Shown here: positions 31,611 to 41,567 of the stretch, piece after piece
Layout: every line of letters begins with the position of its first letter
How positions within the stretch are numbered: position 1 is the first letter of the stretch
Assembly: GCA_963666975.2 (NCBI GenBank)
Contig: CAXVYR010000003.1
Location: 1 to 64,000, forward strand
Length of the DNA stretch: 64,000 bases
Direction: 5' to 3'
DNA from: Terriglobia bacterium
GTDB taxonomy: Bacteria; Acidobacteriota; Terriglobia; 2-12-FULL-54-10
The notes under the pieces: model-generated
What the model saw: only the letters and a program-made list of their open reading frames with translations
Told to the model about the DNA's origin: nothing
The model's database searches: none
Program-made: the position numbers and the translations under genes

Positions 31611-32204
31611 TCACGGGCTCGGTTCGCGCTCCCCGGGAAAATCCTCCACCTGCTCTGGCGGAGGGTTTCGGGAGAGATGCTGTGTCCACAGGATAATTTT
31701 CCAGATCTCGTCTGAAGTGAATACTTTTCCCAGCGAAGGCATTGCCGTGTAGCGGATTCCCTTGGTGATGACGAAATGAATTTGCGCCTCCGTCATTTCG
31801 CCTTCGGCCTCTACCAGCGAGGGCACCGGCGGATAGAACTGGATGCCCGTCTCGCCTTGCCCGTGCCCGTCCAGGCCGTGGCAAAAGGCGCATTGTTGTT
31901 CGTAGAATTCCCGGCCCGCCTGGAGGTTCTCCTCAGTGGGCGGAAACGGATTCCGAATGTCGCCTTGTGGCTGCCGGGCTTGCCTCAGAAACAAGTTGGC
32001 CAGAAAGGTTTCGACAGCGCCCGGCGTCTCATCCGCGCCCCAGTTTTCTTGCAGAAAAGAAGCGATTGCAATTACAAATACTACTGCAACCAATCCAAGC
32101 CCCAGCCCGGCGTATAATTTTTTAGAAATCCTGACCCCCGGTTGTCGCTCATGGCAAACAGGTCGCGTGATCGGTCCCTTGCCCAACGGCCCCTGTCCCG
32201 TCAA
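31611..32204 (-). CDS. Membrane-anchored c-type cytochrome
   Basis: TM helix, NPFPPT, CAFCH heme motif, GIRYTAMP. Confidence 0.85.
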   Translation of the reverse strand: MTGQGPLGKGPITRPVCHERQPGVRISKKLYAGLGLGLVAVVFVIAIASFLQENWGADETPGAVETFLANLFLRQARQPQGDIRNPFPPTEENLQAGREFYEQQCAFCHGLDGHGQGETGIQFYPPVPSLVEAEGEMTEAQIHFVITKGIRYTAMPSLGKVFTSDEIWKIILWTQHLSRNPPPEQVEDFPGEREPSP

Positions 32205-32950
32205 TTCGGATATGCAATTTCCATGCTCACCGTTTTCCCGGCTTGTACGCTGACGGCTAGTTTTTGTTCGCCGTAATATTCATGCCACACTTCCAAAGTA
32301 TAGGAACCTTCTGGAATGTCCCGGATTTGGAACTTTCCATCGGCGCCGGAAACCGCGTGGAAGGGATGGTTGTCCACTCGAATAAAGGCTTTCATCCAGC
32401 CGTGGACATCACATTTCACAATCACAAATCCGGGCCGCTGGAGGGGATGGCTGGCCTTGCCGCCGACGTGCAGGGAAAGATTTCTCGACAAGGGTCCGGA
32501 GTAGAGATGGGTCGTATGAAAGAACGCATCGCTATTGATCGCCTCGACGGTGCTGCCCGACGTCAGGACTGCCACGTGGGGGTCAAACCGGCACTTGCGA
32601 TTGTCCAAGAGCAGCTTTTCTCCCTGCGGCCGGGACTTCCGGGGAAATCCTTCGTTTGCGAGGGCCAAGATGACATTTTGCAATCCCCGATTTTCCTTGG
32701 AGATCAGGATATCCTCCAGAGAATGCTCAGCCCCGCAAGATGCCGGCCCCGTTACATTTTCTATCACGGTAGGTTGAGGAATAGTCTTTCCTGTGAAAAC
32801 GACCCGGCCTTCGATCGTGCCTGCCCCGCCGGAGTTGTCCCTTGGAAGCGGCGAAAGAACGGCATGAGGAGCCGCGGCGGCATTGCTGAAAGACAAAATC
32901 CCCGCTGTCAGGAGAAGGGAAAGAAACATCTTGGTAATAGGGTTCGTCAT
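32201..32950 (-). CDS. Secreted protein with cupredoxin-like and carboxypeptidase-regulatory-like domains
   Basis: Signal peptide; CRFDPHV, NSDAFFH, KCDVHGWM, LEVWHE. Confidence 0.7.
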   Translation of the reverse strand: MTNPITKMFLSLLLTAGILSFSNAAAAPHAVLSPLPRDNSGGAGTIEGRVVFTGKTIPQPTVIENVTGPASCGAEHSLEDILISKENRGLQNVILALANEGFPRKSRPQGEKLLLDNRKCRFDPHVAVLTSGSTVEAINSDAFFHTTHLYSGPLSRNLSLHVGGKASHPLQRPGFVIVKCDVHGWMKAFIRVDNHPFHAVSGADGKFQIRDIPEGSYTLEVWHEYYGEQKLAVSVQAGKTVSMEIAYPN

Positions 32951-33284
32951 CTGAGCTCAGTATCGCCATCCGACGGGCTCAACATCGCGATCCGGGTGAT
33001 CCGGGCGGTTTGGATTTTGTGATCCGGGATTTTGAATTTCTCCGCAACATTCTGCCATCTCAGTTTACATTCGCCACCATGCGGCGGCAAGAGGAAGCCT
33101 GAAGATCCCCCGGAACGCTTTGCTGCCTCTTGCTGAGGAGTGGAATGTGAGCTACATTGCGCCGGAGGGCTTTTGCCTGGGGAATTTCTCCTTTGAAAGA
33201 TTCCCCCCCCAGGTGGAAAAGAGAAAAAGGAAGAAGGGATGTTGCGGCGTGGCCCGAGAGAAGAGCGGTGAGAAGAGCGGGGAA

Positions 33285-33821
33285 ATGAAATTGAAGAGCC
33301 TGCTGACTGCGCAGCAAATCCAGCAGCGGGTCCGGCAAATAGCCTCCGAGATCGACCAGCAATACGCCGGGCGAAGCGTGCACCTGGTGTGCGTCCTCAA
33401 AGGGGCGTGTATTTTTCTGGCCGATATTCTTCGGCATCTTCGTTCGGAGACGTCGGTGGATTTCATCAGCGTCTGGAGCTACGAGCAGGGAGCTTCCAGC
33501 TCCGGCGAAGTGCGCCTCACGAAGGACCTGGATCACAGCATCGAAGGACGGGACGTGATCCTTGTCGAAGACATTGTCGATACCGGACTGACTTTGGATT
33601 ATCTGTGCCAATTGCTGCTGCGGCGGAATCCCCAGAGCCTGCGCGTGGCCACGCTGCTCGATAAACCGTCGCGCCGGATCCAGCCCGTGAAAATCGACTA
33701 CGTGGGATTTGAGATTCCCGATCAATTTGTGGTGGGGTATGGATTAGACTATCAACAGCGTTATCGAAATCTTCCCGATATCTGTTTACTCCCGGACGCA
33801 GCGGAATCCGAGAGGGTTTGA
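33285..33821 (+). CDS. hpt: Hypoxanthine phosphoribosyltransferase
   Basis: VLKGACIFLAD, VILVEDIVDTGLT (PRPP site), FVVGYGLDY; start uncertain. Confidence 0.93.
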   Translation: MKLKSLLTAQQIQQRVRQIASEIDQQYAGRSVHLVCVLKGACIFLADILRHLRSETSVDFISVWSYEQGASSSGEVRLTKDLDHSIEGRDVILVEDIVDTGLTLDYLCQLLLRRNPQSLRVATLLDKPSRRIQPVKIDYVGFEIPDQFVVGYGLDYQQRYRNLPDICLLPDAAESERV

Positions 33822-33923
33822 GCAAAGGGGAACCTGCGAGTGGGTTCGGGAAAAGCCATAAGCGGGAAAAGCTATAAGAAGGAGAAGCGTCCTGCGAGCG
33901 ATCCAAGCGGGAAGAAAACAATC

Positions 33924-35183
33924 ATGACCGGAATGGCCGGGGTTTTTACCTACCGAAATAATGAACTCTATTGTGAGCAGGTTCCCGCCCGGCAGATTGC
34001 CGAAGCAGCCGGCACGCCCGCCTACGTCTATAGCAGCCGCCGGATCGTGGCGCGGTATCTGGATTTCGACCGCGCGCTCGGAAACTATCCGCATCGGGTC
34101 TGCTATTCCGTGAAGGCCAATTCCAACTTAAGCGTGCTGCGGCTGCTGGCGCGCCGGAAAGCGGGCTTTGACATTGTTTCCGGCGGAGAGCTGTTCCGCG
34201 TTTTGGAGGCGGGCGGGAAAGCCAGCCGGGTGGTTTTTTCGGGAGTCGGCAAAACGAGCGAGGAAATGGATTACGCCTTGCGCTCGCGCATCTTCCTGTT
34301 CAACTGTGAGTCGGAGAGCGAGCTGCGCTTGCTCAGCGAACGGGCTGCGCGACTGAAAGTGCGGGCACGGGTGGCCCTGCGGGTCAATCCCCGCGTGGGG
34401 GCGAAGACGCATCCCTATATCGCCACGGGCCGGGAGGAGCACAAGTTTGGCGTGGACATGGCGGCGGCCGAGGACCTCTGCTTGCGGGCCCAGCAGTGGC
34501 CGGGTATCCGCATGGCCGGCCTGAGCTGCCACATCGGCTCCCAGATTGCTGCCTTAGCCCCCTTCGCCGAAGCGGCGGGGAAGCTGGTGAGCTTGGCGCG
34601 GCGGCTGCAAAGAAAAAAGGTTCCGGTCGAGTATCTGGATGCAGGCGGGGGATTGGCGGTGGCCTATCGCGGAGAGGACCGCCCTCCCTCTATTCACGAT
34701 TATGGGAAGAAATTGTTGCAGTGCGTGCGGGGCAGCGGTTTGAAGCTGTTGGTGGAGCCGGGACGTTCCATCGTCGCCGACGCCGGCATACTGCTGACCC
34801 GCGTGCTCCACACCAAAACAACCGGCGGAAAGAAATTTATCGTCGTGGACGCGGCGATGAACGATCTGCTGCGCCCCTCGCTCTATGGCGCCTACCACGA
34901 AATTCGGCCCGTCCGGCGCAACCGTCGGCGGGAGGCGGTCGCCGACCTGGTGGGACCGGTCTGCGAAACGGGAGATTTCATTGCTCAGAACCGCAAGCTT
35001 CCGGTCGCGGAGGCGGGCGACCTGCTGGCGGTCTTTACGGTGGGCGCTTACGGGTCTGTTTTGAGTTCGAACTACAATTCCCGGCCGCGCCCGGCGGAGG
35101 TCTTGGTAGAGGGCCGCCGCTGGCGCATTGCTCGCCGCCGGGAGACGCTCCGGGATTTGATCCGGGGAGAATCGTTGCCGTAA
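33924..35183 (+). CDS. lysA: Diaminopimelate decarboxylase
   Basis: YSVKANS (PLP Lys), HIGSQ, EPGRSIV, GPVCETGD, SSNYNSRPR. Confidence 0.95.
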   Translation: MTGMAGVFTYRNNELYCEQVPARQIAEAAGTPAYVYSSRRIVARYLDFDRALGNYPHRVCYSVKANSNLSVLRLLARRKAGFDIVSGGELFRVLEAGGKASRVVFSGVGKTSEEMDYALRSRIFLFNCESESELRLLSERAARLKVRARVALRVNPRVGAKTHPYIATGREEHKFGVDMAAAEDLCLRAQQWPGIRMAGLSCHIGSQIAALAPFAEAAGKLVSLARRLQRKKVPVEYLDAGGGLAVAYRGEDRPPSIHDYGKKLLQCVRGSGLKLLVEPGRSIVADAGILLTRVLHTKTTGGKKFIVVDAAMNDLLRPSLYGAYHEIRPVRRNRRREAVADLVGPVCETGDFIAQNRKLPVAEAGDLLAVFTVGAYGSVLSSNYNSRPRPAEVLVEGRRWRIARRRETLRDLIRGESLP

Positions 35184-35211
35184 GGACGGCGCGCACAGGA
35201 TCAGGCCGCTT

Positions 35212-36000
35212 TTACTGAACCGCAAGGAATCCCTTGCCCAGCCATTCGCCTCCGTCCATGGTGAGCGCTTCTCCGTTGATGTACTCCGCGTAGGGGGAAA
35301 CCAGGAAGGCGGCGGCGTGCGCGATCTCCTGCGGGGTGCCGATCCTCCCCACAGGGATTTTGGACAACAGCTTTTTTTCCGCTTCCGGAGTGCCCCAGAG
35401 CTTGCTGGATGCGCCTTCGGTCGCCACAGGTCCCGGAGCAATGGCGTTGACGCGGATTTTATGGGAGGCCCACTCCACGGCCAGGGTTCGCGTCAGGGCC
35501 AGCACGCCCGCTTTGGCGGCGGCCGAATGAACCGTTCCAGGCCCGCCCGTTCAGGCGTAGGTTGCCAGCACGCTCAGGATTTTTCCTCCCCGCTTCTGAG
35601 CGATCATCTCCAGGCCCGCAGCTCGCGTGCAGAAAAACGTTCCGTTCAGCACGATATCCACCACGGCCTTCCAGCCGTTCGGAGAAAGCTCCTCCGCCTT
35701 GCAGATGAAATTTCCGGCTGCGTTGTTGACCAGGATATCGACGCCGCCAAACTTCTTTTTTGTTTCCTGAATCATCCGGTCCACCTGCGCCGGGTCGCGC
35801 ACGTCGGTGGGAACGGCGAGAGCTTCTCCGCCGGCCTTCTGAATCTCGGCCACGGTGGGTTCCAGGTGCTCCCGGCTGCGGCTGGCGCGAACCAGCCTGG
35901 CTCCCAGCCGCGCATATTCCAGCGCCATGGCGCGGCCCAGCCCTGTACCTCCTCCCGTGACGATGGCTACCTGTCCGCTGAATGTATTTGCTGGCAACAT
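35212..36000 (-). pseudogene. SDR, 2,4-dienoyl-CoA reductase (FadH-like), with in-frame TGA
   Basis: TGGGTGLG and NNAAGNF, then ATYA*TGGPGTVHSAAAKAGV; the frame stays open past the TGA at 35551-35553. Confidence 0.85.
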
Positions 36001-36175
36001 AAAAAACGGTCTCCTGTGTCAATTACCAATTATGGTTTCATGCAGAGTGGTGCTGGCGCACCTGCGTTCTCTCTGCGGCGATTGCAGAGGATGGCCCACA
36101 GCGACCCTCTGGAGAACCTTACAAGAGCTCTTTTTCCGGTGGGTGGAATATGCCTTCGACATGGTGTGGTGGATA

Positions 36176-36251
36176 TGGTAGGCGCGGCAGGACTCGAACC
36201 TGCGACCCTCTGCTTAGAAGGCAGATGCTCTATCCACTGAGCTACGCGCCC
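36176..36251 (-). tRNA. tRNA-Arg (anticodon UCU), CCA encoded
   Basis: GGGCGCGTAGCTCAGTGGATAGAGCATCTGCCTTCTAAGCAGAGGGTCGCAGGTTCGAGTCCTGCCGCGCCTACCA folds as a cloverleaf. Confidence 0.97.
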
Positions 36252-36259
36252 ATACGTGC

Positions 36260-36288
36260 ACTCTAACACCTAACTCCTTTAGTCTCAA
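36260..36288 (-). promoter_or_regulatory. Sigma70-type promoter of tRNA-Arg
   Basis: TTGAGA-17 bp-TAGAGT with extended TGn, ending 8 bp before the mature 5' end. Confidence 0.65.
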
Positions 36289-36333
36289 TGAACCCTATTT
36301 CCATTGCGCATAAAAAATCGATCTATTCGCCTC

Positions 36334-36360
36334 AAAATGTGCCAAAAATGTGCCAAAAAT
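36334..36360. repeat. Tandem 11-bp repeat AAAATGTGCCA (putative integrase arm sites)
   Basis: About 2.5 copies between the tRNA and the integrase stop. Confidence 0.55.
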
Positions 36361-36363
36361 CGT

Positions 36364-37527
36364 TCAGTCCGGCCTTGCTGTGCTCAAAATTTGTCGATGT
36401 TCGTTAGCTTGGCGGTCAAGCTTGGTCAATGCTTCTCGCATCATGTTGAGCTTCGCTTGGCTGTAGCGCTTGAACACCTGCGAATCGCCTTGCCGCAGCA
36501 TCTGCGTGACAAAATGATCCGCCACGCCGCCAGCGCTTAATCGGGTCGCGAACGTGTGCCGCAAGTGATAGAGCGGGAAGTACGGAACTCCAGCGCGCTG
36601 GAGCGTACCTGCCCACGTCTTTTTCAAGCTTGTCAAATGCGGCGTCGCCGAGTCGGCCCGCAAGGAAGGAAACACATAAGCTGAACCCCGTGATTGCTCC
36701 CAGTGTCCCCGAAACGCCGCATACGCAGCCTCGGTCATCGGCATCTCGGCCGCGCCGCTCGGTGTCTTGGAATCCTCGATATGTACCACTCGATTCTCCA
36801 AGTCCACCTGTGACCAACGCATCGGTGTCAACTCCTTGTACGGTCGCAACCCCATCTCCACCAGGATAACGATCGCATGACGCAAATAGTCCGGAGCCAT
36901 GAACTCGATCCGTTGCTGCTCGCTTGCCGTCATATAGTGAGGCTTTCTGGTTGCGTTCCGTAATTGAATCGGGAATTCAACCGCACTACAGAGGTTCGTA
37001 TCCAAACATTTCTTCTTCACCGCGACATTCAGAATCCGCCTCAAAATGCGGAATTCCTGGTGCACAGTGGCCGGCTTGAGCTTTCCCACAAGCCGGGTCC
37101 CGAACTTCGTGCGTACCCTCCTTCCGGAGGACAAGCGCCGATCGATGTAATCCTCAATCGCCTCTGCGGTAACTTCCGTTAAGGGACTTTCACCGAATGC
37201 AGGCCGCAGAAACTTGAGGGCATTGATATTTTCCGCGTGTGTCTTTTCCGAGCGGAATGGAGGCTTGGAACGTTTTTCCAGAAACCAATCAGCCCATTGG
37301 TTAAAGGTTAGTTTCTTGCCGGCCAGAATGGCTGGCAACCTTCCCTCGTCCCTGGCATCCAACCGGTCTCGCAAAAGGCGGTTTGCTTCTTGTTCATCTG
37401 CGGTTCCGGTCGATTCCCTCTGAAGCTTTCCTTCTCGGTCCCGGTACCGCATCCACCAAAACGCGGAACCATTGCGTTGGAAGATGCTTCCTCCTCCGCT
37501 CTTCGGTCTTCCTCTCCTATTGTTCAT
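36364..37527 (-). CDS. Tyrosine recombinase / phage-type integrase
   Basis: Arm-binding N-terminus GSIFQR..WWMRY; MGLR, SKT, HLRHTFATRL and KRY; Gln in place of the usual second His/Trp (MLRQ). Confidence 0.92.
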   Translation of the reverse strand: MNNRRGRPKSGGGSIFQRNGSAFWWMRYRDREGKLQRESTGTADEQEANRLLRDRLDARDEGRLPAILAGKKLTFNQWADWFLEKRSKPPFRSEKTHAENINALKFLRPAFGESPLTEVTAEAIEDYIDRRLSSGRRVRTKFGTRLVGKLKPATVHQEFRILRRILNVAVKKKCLDTNLCSAVEFPIQLRNATRKPHYMTASEQQRIEFMAPDYLRHAIVILVEMGLRPYKELTPMRWSQVDLENRVVHIEDSKTPSGAAEMPMTEAAYAAFRGHWEQSRGSAYVFPSLRADSATPHLTSLKKTWAGTLQRAGVPYFPLYHLRHTFATRLSAGGVADHFVTQMLRQGDSQVFKRYSQAKLNMMREALTKLDRQANEHRQILSTARPD

Positions 37528-37732
37528 CGATTCCTCCATTGACATGAAATTGTTGACGCCACTCGACCAGCTCCGACAGTCGGAAGCGGATCGAGCGGCC
37601 CATCATGCGGTAATGGGGAATCTGCTTTCGCTCGACGTAAGCATACACCAGCGAGGCGCTGACGCCCAAGAAACGGGCGGCGTCCTTCACCGTGATTGGG
37701 GCATCCCTTGCTTCTGTGTCAAGGCTCATCAT
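37517..37732 (-). CDS. Excisionase-like helix-turn-helix protein
   Basis: ITVKDAARFLGVS..VY..IPHYRM.GRSIRF; overlaps the integrase start. Confidence 0.8.
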   Translation of the reverse strand: MMSLDTEARDAPITVKDAARFLGVSASLVYAYVERKQIPHYRMMGRSIRFRLSELVEWRQQFHVNGGIDEQ

Positions 37733-37886
37733 TCCCTCCCTACTCTCCATACAAAACCACAAGGGAGAACTCCGCGCGGAGAGTCCGTTGCGATTGTGTG
37801 GTTAGTCCCACTCACACTCGGCGTCACGTTTGATCTGCATGATCTGATCGGCAAAGCGGCGGTGGTATTTCTCTGCCGTCATCGCC

Positions 37887-38846
37887 CTACCCGTCATCGT
37901 GTTGCCTCCCGATGGGCTCGATGAGCCAGCGGTTCTGTGGCGCGTCGTAACCTTTGACGAGCAAGGCCTCCTCCACGAAGCGCCGTCCCTCCCGCCGGGT
38001 CATGTGAATGACCATCGCAATGCCGTCCACCACACCCCGGCAGGTAACTTCCCAGGGAAGCTCCCCGCCGCCTTGCATGGCGCAACTGGCGAGCCGTGAC
38101 AAGGCGCTCTCGGCGTTGTTGGCGTGTATGGTCGTGAGCGAGCCGCCGTGTCCGGTGTTGAGGGCTTGCAGCAGATCGGCGGCCTCCCCGCCGCGCACCT
38201 CGCCCACTACGATGTGATCCGGGCGGTGACGCAAGGCATGACGCACCAGGTCCCGGATCGTCACGGCTCCGGTTGCCAGTCCGCGAGCCTCGAAGCGGAC
38301 GCAATTGGAGTGCTCGATGCGAAGCTCCAGGGTGTCCTCGATGGCGACAATGCGCTCGTCGTCGGGCAGCAATTCAATGAGCGCGTTCAGCAGCGTGGTC
38401 TTGCCTGATCCGGTGCCGCCTGAAACCAGGATGTTCCGGCGGGTGTGCAGCATCCGCTCCGCCGCCTCCTTCACGTTCTTGGGCAGCGCCCCTTGTTCTA
38501 CCAGGTCCACCGCCGAGAAAGCCCGTTTGCCAAATCGACGAATTGTGATTGCCACCTTCGGGCTCGCGGGCGGAACGCAGATCGCAACCCGCGAGCCGTC
38601 ATCCAGGCGAGCATCGACGATGGGAGCCGTGGCCGGGTCCAGGCCGAGAGGCCGCGCAATATGGATCGCGGCCCTTTGAAGCGCCGCAGCGGTCAGCAGC
38701 GGAGCCTTGTGGGAATAGAGCTTCCCATGCCCTTCGATCCATACATTGTGCGGACCGTTGATCATGATCTCGCTCACTTCCTGGTCCTCCAGAACATCCT
38801 CCAGCCCGGGCAGAAACGGTTTCAACAACTCCAGGCCGTCGCTCAT
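37887..38846 (-). CDS. VirB11/CpaF-family secretion ATPase
   Basis: SEIMING, GGTGSGKTT, IEDTLEL, RPDHIVVGEVRG, TTIHAN. Confidence 0.92.
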   Translation of the reverse strand: MSDGLELLKPFLPGLEDVLEDQEVSEIMINGPHNVWIEGHGKLYSHKAPLLTAAALQRAAIHIARPLGLDPATAPIVDARLDDGSRVAICVPPASPKVAITIRRFGKRAFSAVDLVEQGALPKNVKEAAERMLHTRRNILVSGGTGSGKTTLLNALIELLPDDERIVAIEDTLELRIEHSNCVRFEARGLATGAVTIRDLVRHALRHRPDHIVVGEVRGGEAADLLQALNTGHGGSLTTIHANNAESALSRLASCAMQGGGELPWEVTCRGVVDGIAMVIHMTRREGRRFVEEALLVKGYDAPQNRWLIEPIGRQHDDG

Positions 38847-39585
38847 AGCTTTCCCTCAACCTTCGCCCGCCAGTAGGGGAGCGTCCGGGGCAGATAGTGC
38901 GGTTTGAGGTACACCCGGGTCGGCGCAAGCGACTGTGCGCCGTCGTAGGGTAGACAGATGGCCTGGCAGTTCGAGAGCAAGGCAAACTCGCGGGGTTGGA
39001 ATACCGCCTCGCGCTGCTCGCGGAAGGATTTGCTGGCCCCTACGCTGCCCTGTCCGCCGCCGGCCTGGGCCGAGAGCAGGGACACCTCGCTTTGCTTGGC
39101 CGACTCGGTGATGGTGTAGGAAGGCTTGATCTTGGCGACCTGGCCGCATAGCGCAGAGGCGGTTTGAGCGCTGGCATCGTCGCTCAAGGAAAGGAATATC
39201 CGGGTCCGCAGGGTTTGCAGCAGGGTGCGCCATGCTTCCGAGCTGCCCAAGACGGAACGTAACGATGAGATAGATTGGGTGGCGACGATCGGGATGCAGC
39301 GGCATTGCCGGGTGAGGGCAAAGGATTTCTCGTCTCCGGATGGATCGTCCTCGCCCACGGAAGCGAACGACTGGTATTCGTCGCAGATAAACACGGCGGG
39401 CCGGAAGTATCGCTCCGGCTCCGCCGTCATCTTAACTGGTCGCCGCAGGAGCGTTTGCAGCCAGGCGTTCTTGAGCATGACGCCGATAGCGCGGGACAGC
39501 GCCGGGTTGGTTCCGACCGGCATATTCAGGGCCAGCACCTTGCCCGCCTCGATCAGTTTATCGAGGGGCGGCAAGCTCTGCCGTA
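38843..39585 (-). pseudogene. VirD4/TraD-like coupling protein, C-terminal part only
   Basis: FICDEYQSF (Walker B), IVATQSISSL; 5' part replaced at the MITE at 39586. Confidence 0.8.
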
Positions 39586-39704
39586 GGTATTGTCAAGTTG
39601 AGGCCGACGACCGTTTTTGATGCCCAGCATGGCGTGTTCACGGCTGGCTCGAGCCCAGTATCTTGGGGGTCGATCGACTAGCTTTTCGTCAACTTGACAA
39701 TACC
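39586..39704. mobile_element. 119-bp MITE with IS6-like ends
   Basis: Perfect 16-bp IR GGTATTGTCAAGTTGA / TCAACTTGACAATACC; no ORF and no target duplication. Confidence 0.75.
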
Positions 39705-39933
39705 ACGATTGGCGCTGGATTTTTCCACTTCCGTTTCCGTCGGACTCGCGCGCCGTGGAACGGGGAACGAATATCGCCTGGGCAGCACTCCAGCTCGATT
39801 GGGCGCAGGATGGAAAGGACCACCGAAAGATTTGTCAGTTGACACATCCGGAGACGGTGCACAGCTACCTTCGCCGGTGGCCTGGTCTTCTGGAATGCGC
39901 GCAGAGGAACCCCGCAACTCTGGCAATCTATGC

Positions 39934-41049
39934 GGCGCTGTTGCACGATTCAACCTTGGCGCGAGTCAGGCCGTTTTCCCAACCCCTCGTTCATGACACC
40001 ACGGCGTAGGACTTCGGCCTGCCGAGCTCGGCCATCCGGTTGAGGATGTGACACCCGATCGTGGTCTCTTTCCTTTGCGCATTGCTGTTCCTCGCCTTCA
40101 GGCTTCCTCCGAGCACTGACTTGTATCGGAAGAACCCGTTCTCAACGCGCGCCTGCTGTCGGTAGCCCGACTCCTTCTGCCACTCTCGTCGTCCGATCTT
40201 ACGAACTCTCTGAAGAGCCGCTTCTCGTTGCGCCCACGGGCCGTCCGTGGGCCCCGCGGACACCGCACAGCGACGAGGGGGGATCACGATCACGACGTCC
40301 TCTGTACCGGCCGCGCCGACCCGATCGTAGATCGCCCTGTTGTCGTAGGCCCCGTCCGCCGTGAAACGCCGGATGGGAGCCTCGATCTGGTCGAGCAGAT
40401 CCGGCAGGGCGGAGGCGTCGTCCCCGCTGCTCGTCGTGAGTTCGGCCGCCACAATGAACCCCTCGTCATCCACTCCGATGTGCAGCTTTCGCCAGTCCCG
40501 GCGTTTCTTGGATGCCTTGTACTTGTGCGAATTCCATTCGCCGCAACCCAGGATCTTGAGCCCCGTGGAATCGACGATCAAGTGGATCGGGCCGTCGTGG
40601 GCTCGGGTTAGAGGCGGCACCTCAACGATTTGGTTCCGGCGCGAGAGTGTGGTGTGGTCCGGGGCCTTGAGGTCGAGGCCCATCAAGCTGAGCAGCGAGT
40701 CCAGGAAACCCTCGGTCTGGCGAAGCGGCAGGTGGAAGACGACCCGCAGCGTCAACGCGGTCAAGATCGCGAGGTTCGAGTACCGCCGCTGGCCTCCGCG
40801 GAGACCGTTCTTCGCCGGTGTCCACGCGGCGATCGCCTCCTCGCTCAGCCAGATCGTGACGTCGCCGCGGCTCCTGAGGCCCCGCTCGTACTCCCTCCAG
40901 TTCCGGATTCTGCATTTCGTCTTGTACTTGCGGTTGACTCGGCTCGACTTCCCTGCGGCCATGACGTTGCCCCCCTTGATCTCCATGATGGATCGGGACA
41001 CCGAGCCAATGCTAGCGGGGGAGCCGAGGACGATTCATGCACCAACGCC
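39934..41049 (-). mobile_element. IS5-family (IS903-group) element
   Basis: Imperfect IRs GGCGCTGTTGCACGATTC / GGCGTTGGTGCATGAATC around the transposase. Confidence 0.8.
39991..41001 (-). CDS. IS5-family (IS903-group) transposase
   Basis: NWREYERGLRSRG, PDHTTLSRR, VDSTGLK, WRKLH, ADGAYD, GYRQQARVE. Confidence 0.92.
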   Translation of the reverse strand: MSRSIMEIKGGNVMAAGKSSRVNRKYKTKCRIRNWREYERGLRSRGDVTIWLSEEAIAAWTPAKNGLRGGQRRYSNLAILTALTLRVVFHLPLRQTEGFLDSLLSLMGLDLKAPDHTTLSRRNQIVEVPPLTRAHDGPIHLIVDSTGLKILGCGEWNSHKYKASKKRRDWRKLHIGVDDEGFIVAAELTTSSGDDASALPDLLDQIEAPIRRFTADGAYDNRAIYDRVGAAGTEDVVIVIPPRRCAVSAGPTDGPWAQREAALQRVRKIGRREWQKESGYRQQARVENGFFRYKSVLGGSLKARNSNAQRKETTIGCHILNRMAELGRPKSYAVVS

Positions 41050-41308
41050 TACCGCCTGAAAGAAAGCAAGCGGAACAGACCCGTGAAACCTGCCAGCCGG
41101 TCACATATCCACCGATAACCCCGCCCGCCATGTCGCCGCGATCGGCCGGGGTGCCTTCCGCTCCGGCCTAAACGCGCCCCGGCTTGCTTGGGGCACCGGC
41201 CTCCGCTCCAGCCCCCCCTGCCGATCCACCAAATCAAACCCTCCCGCCATCCAGGAGTGGTCTAATTTCTCTCCGCCCCGCTGGTCTAATGTTTTTCCGC
41301 CCTTGACA
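41050..41308 (+). mobile_element. IS21-family right-end remnant (istB tail and IR)
   Basis: YRLKESKR istB-like tail, then repeated TGGTCTA..TCCGCCC units ending TTGACA. Confidence 0.6.
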
Positions 41309-41319
41309 AAAGCTACCGG

Positions 41320-41567
41320 CTCAAGGAAAGCAAGCGGAAGCGCCCCACGAAGCCTGCCCGCCGAACGTAGTTCCGCTCTTCCCCTGCCTGCACGTTGCCA
41401 CGATCTGCAGGGGCGCCTTCCACTCCGGCCTAAACGCGCCGCCTAACGGCGGCGCAGGCCTCCGCTCCAGCCACCCCCGCAGATCCAACAAAACAAACCC
41501 TTCCCCGTTCCCATAATGGTCTGGTTTTGCTCCGCCCTGGTGGTCTAGTTTTACTCCGCCCTTGACA
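41320..41567 (-). mobile_element. IS21-family end remnant
   Basis: TGTCAAGGGCGGAGTAAAACTAGACCACCAGGGCGGAGCAAAACCAGACCA, a tandem transposase-binding repeat. Confidence 0.65.

Noticed and set aside
35551-35553. Genetic code 4 or selenocysteine at the SDR UGA
   Set aside because: Many genes here end in TGA and use TGG for Trp; the homologous residue is Trp, not Cys
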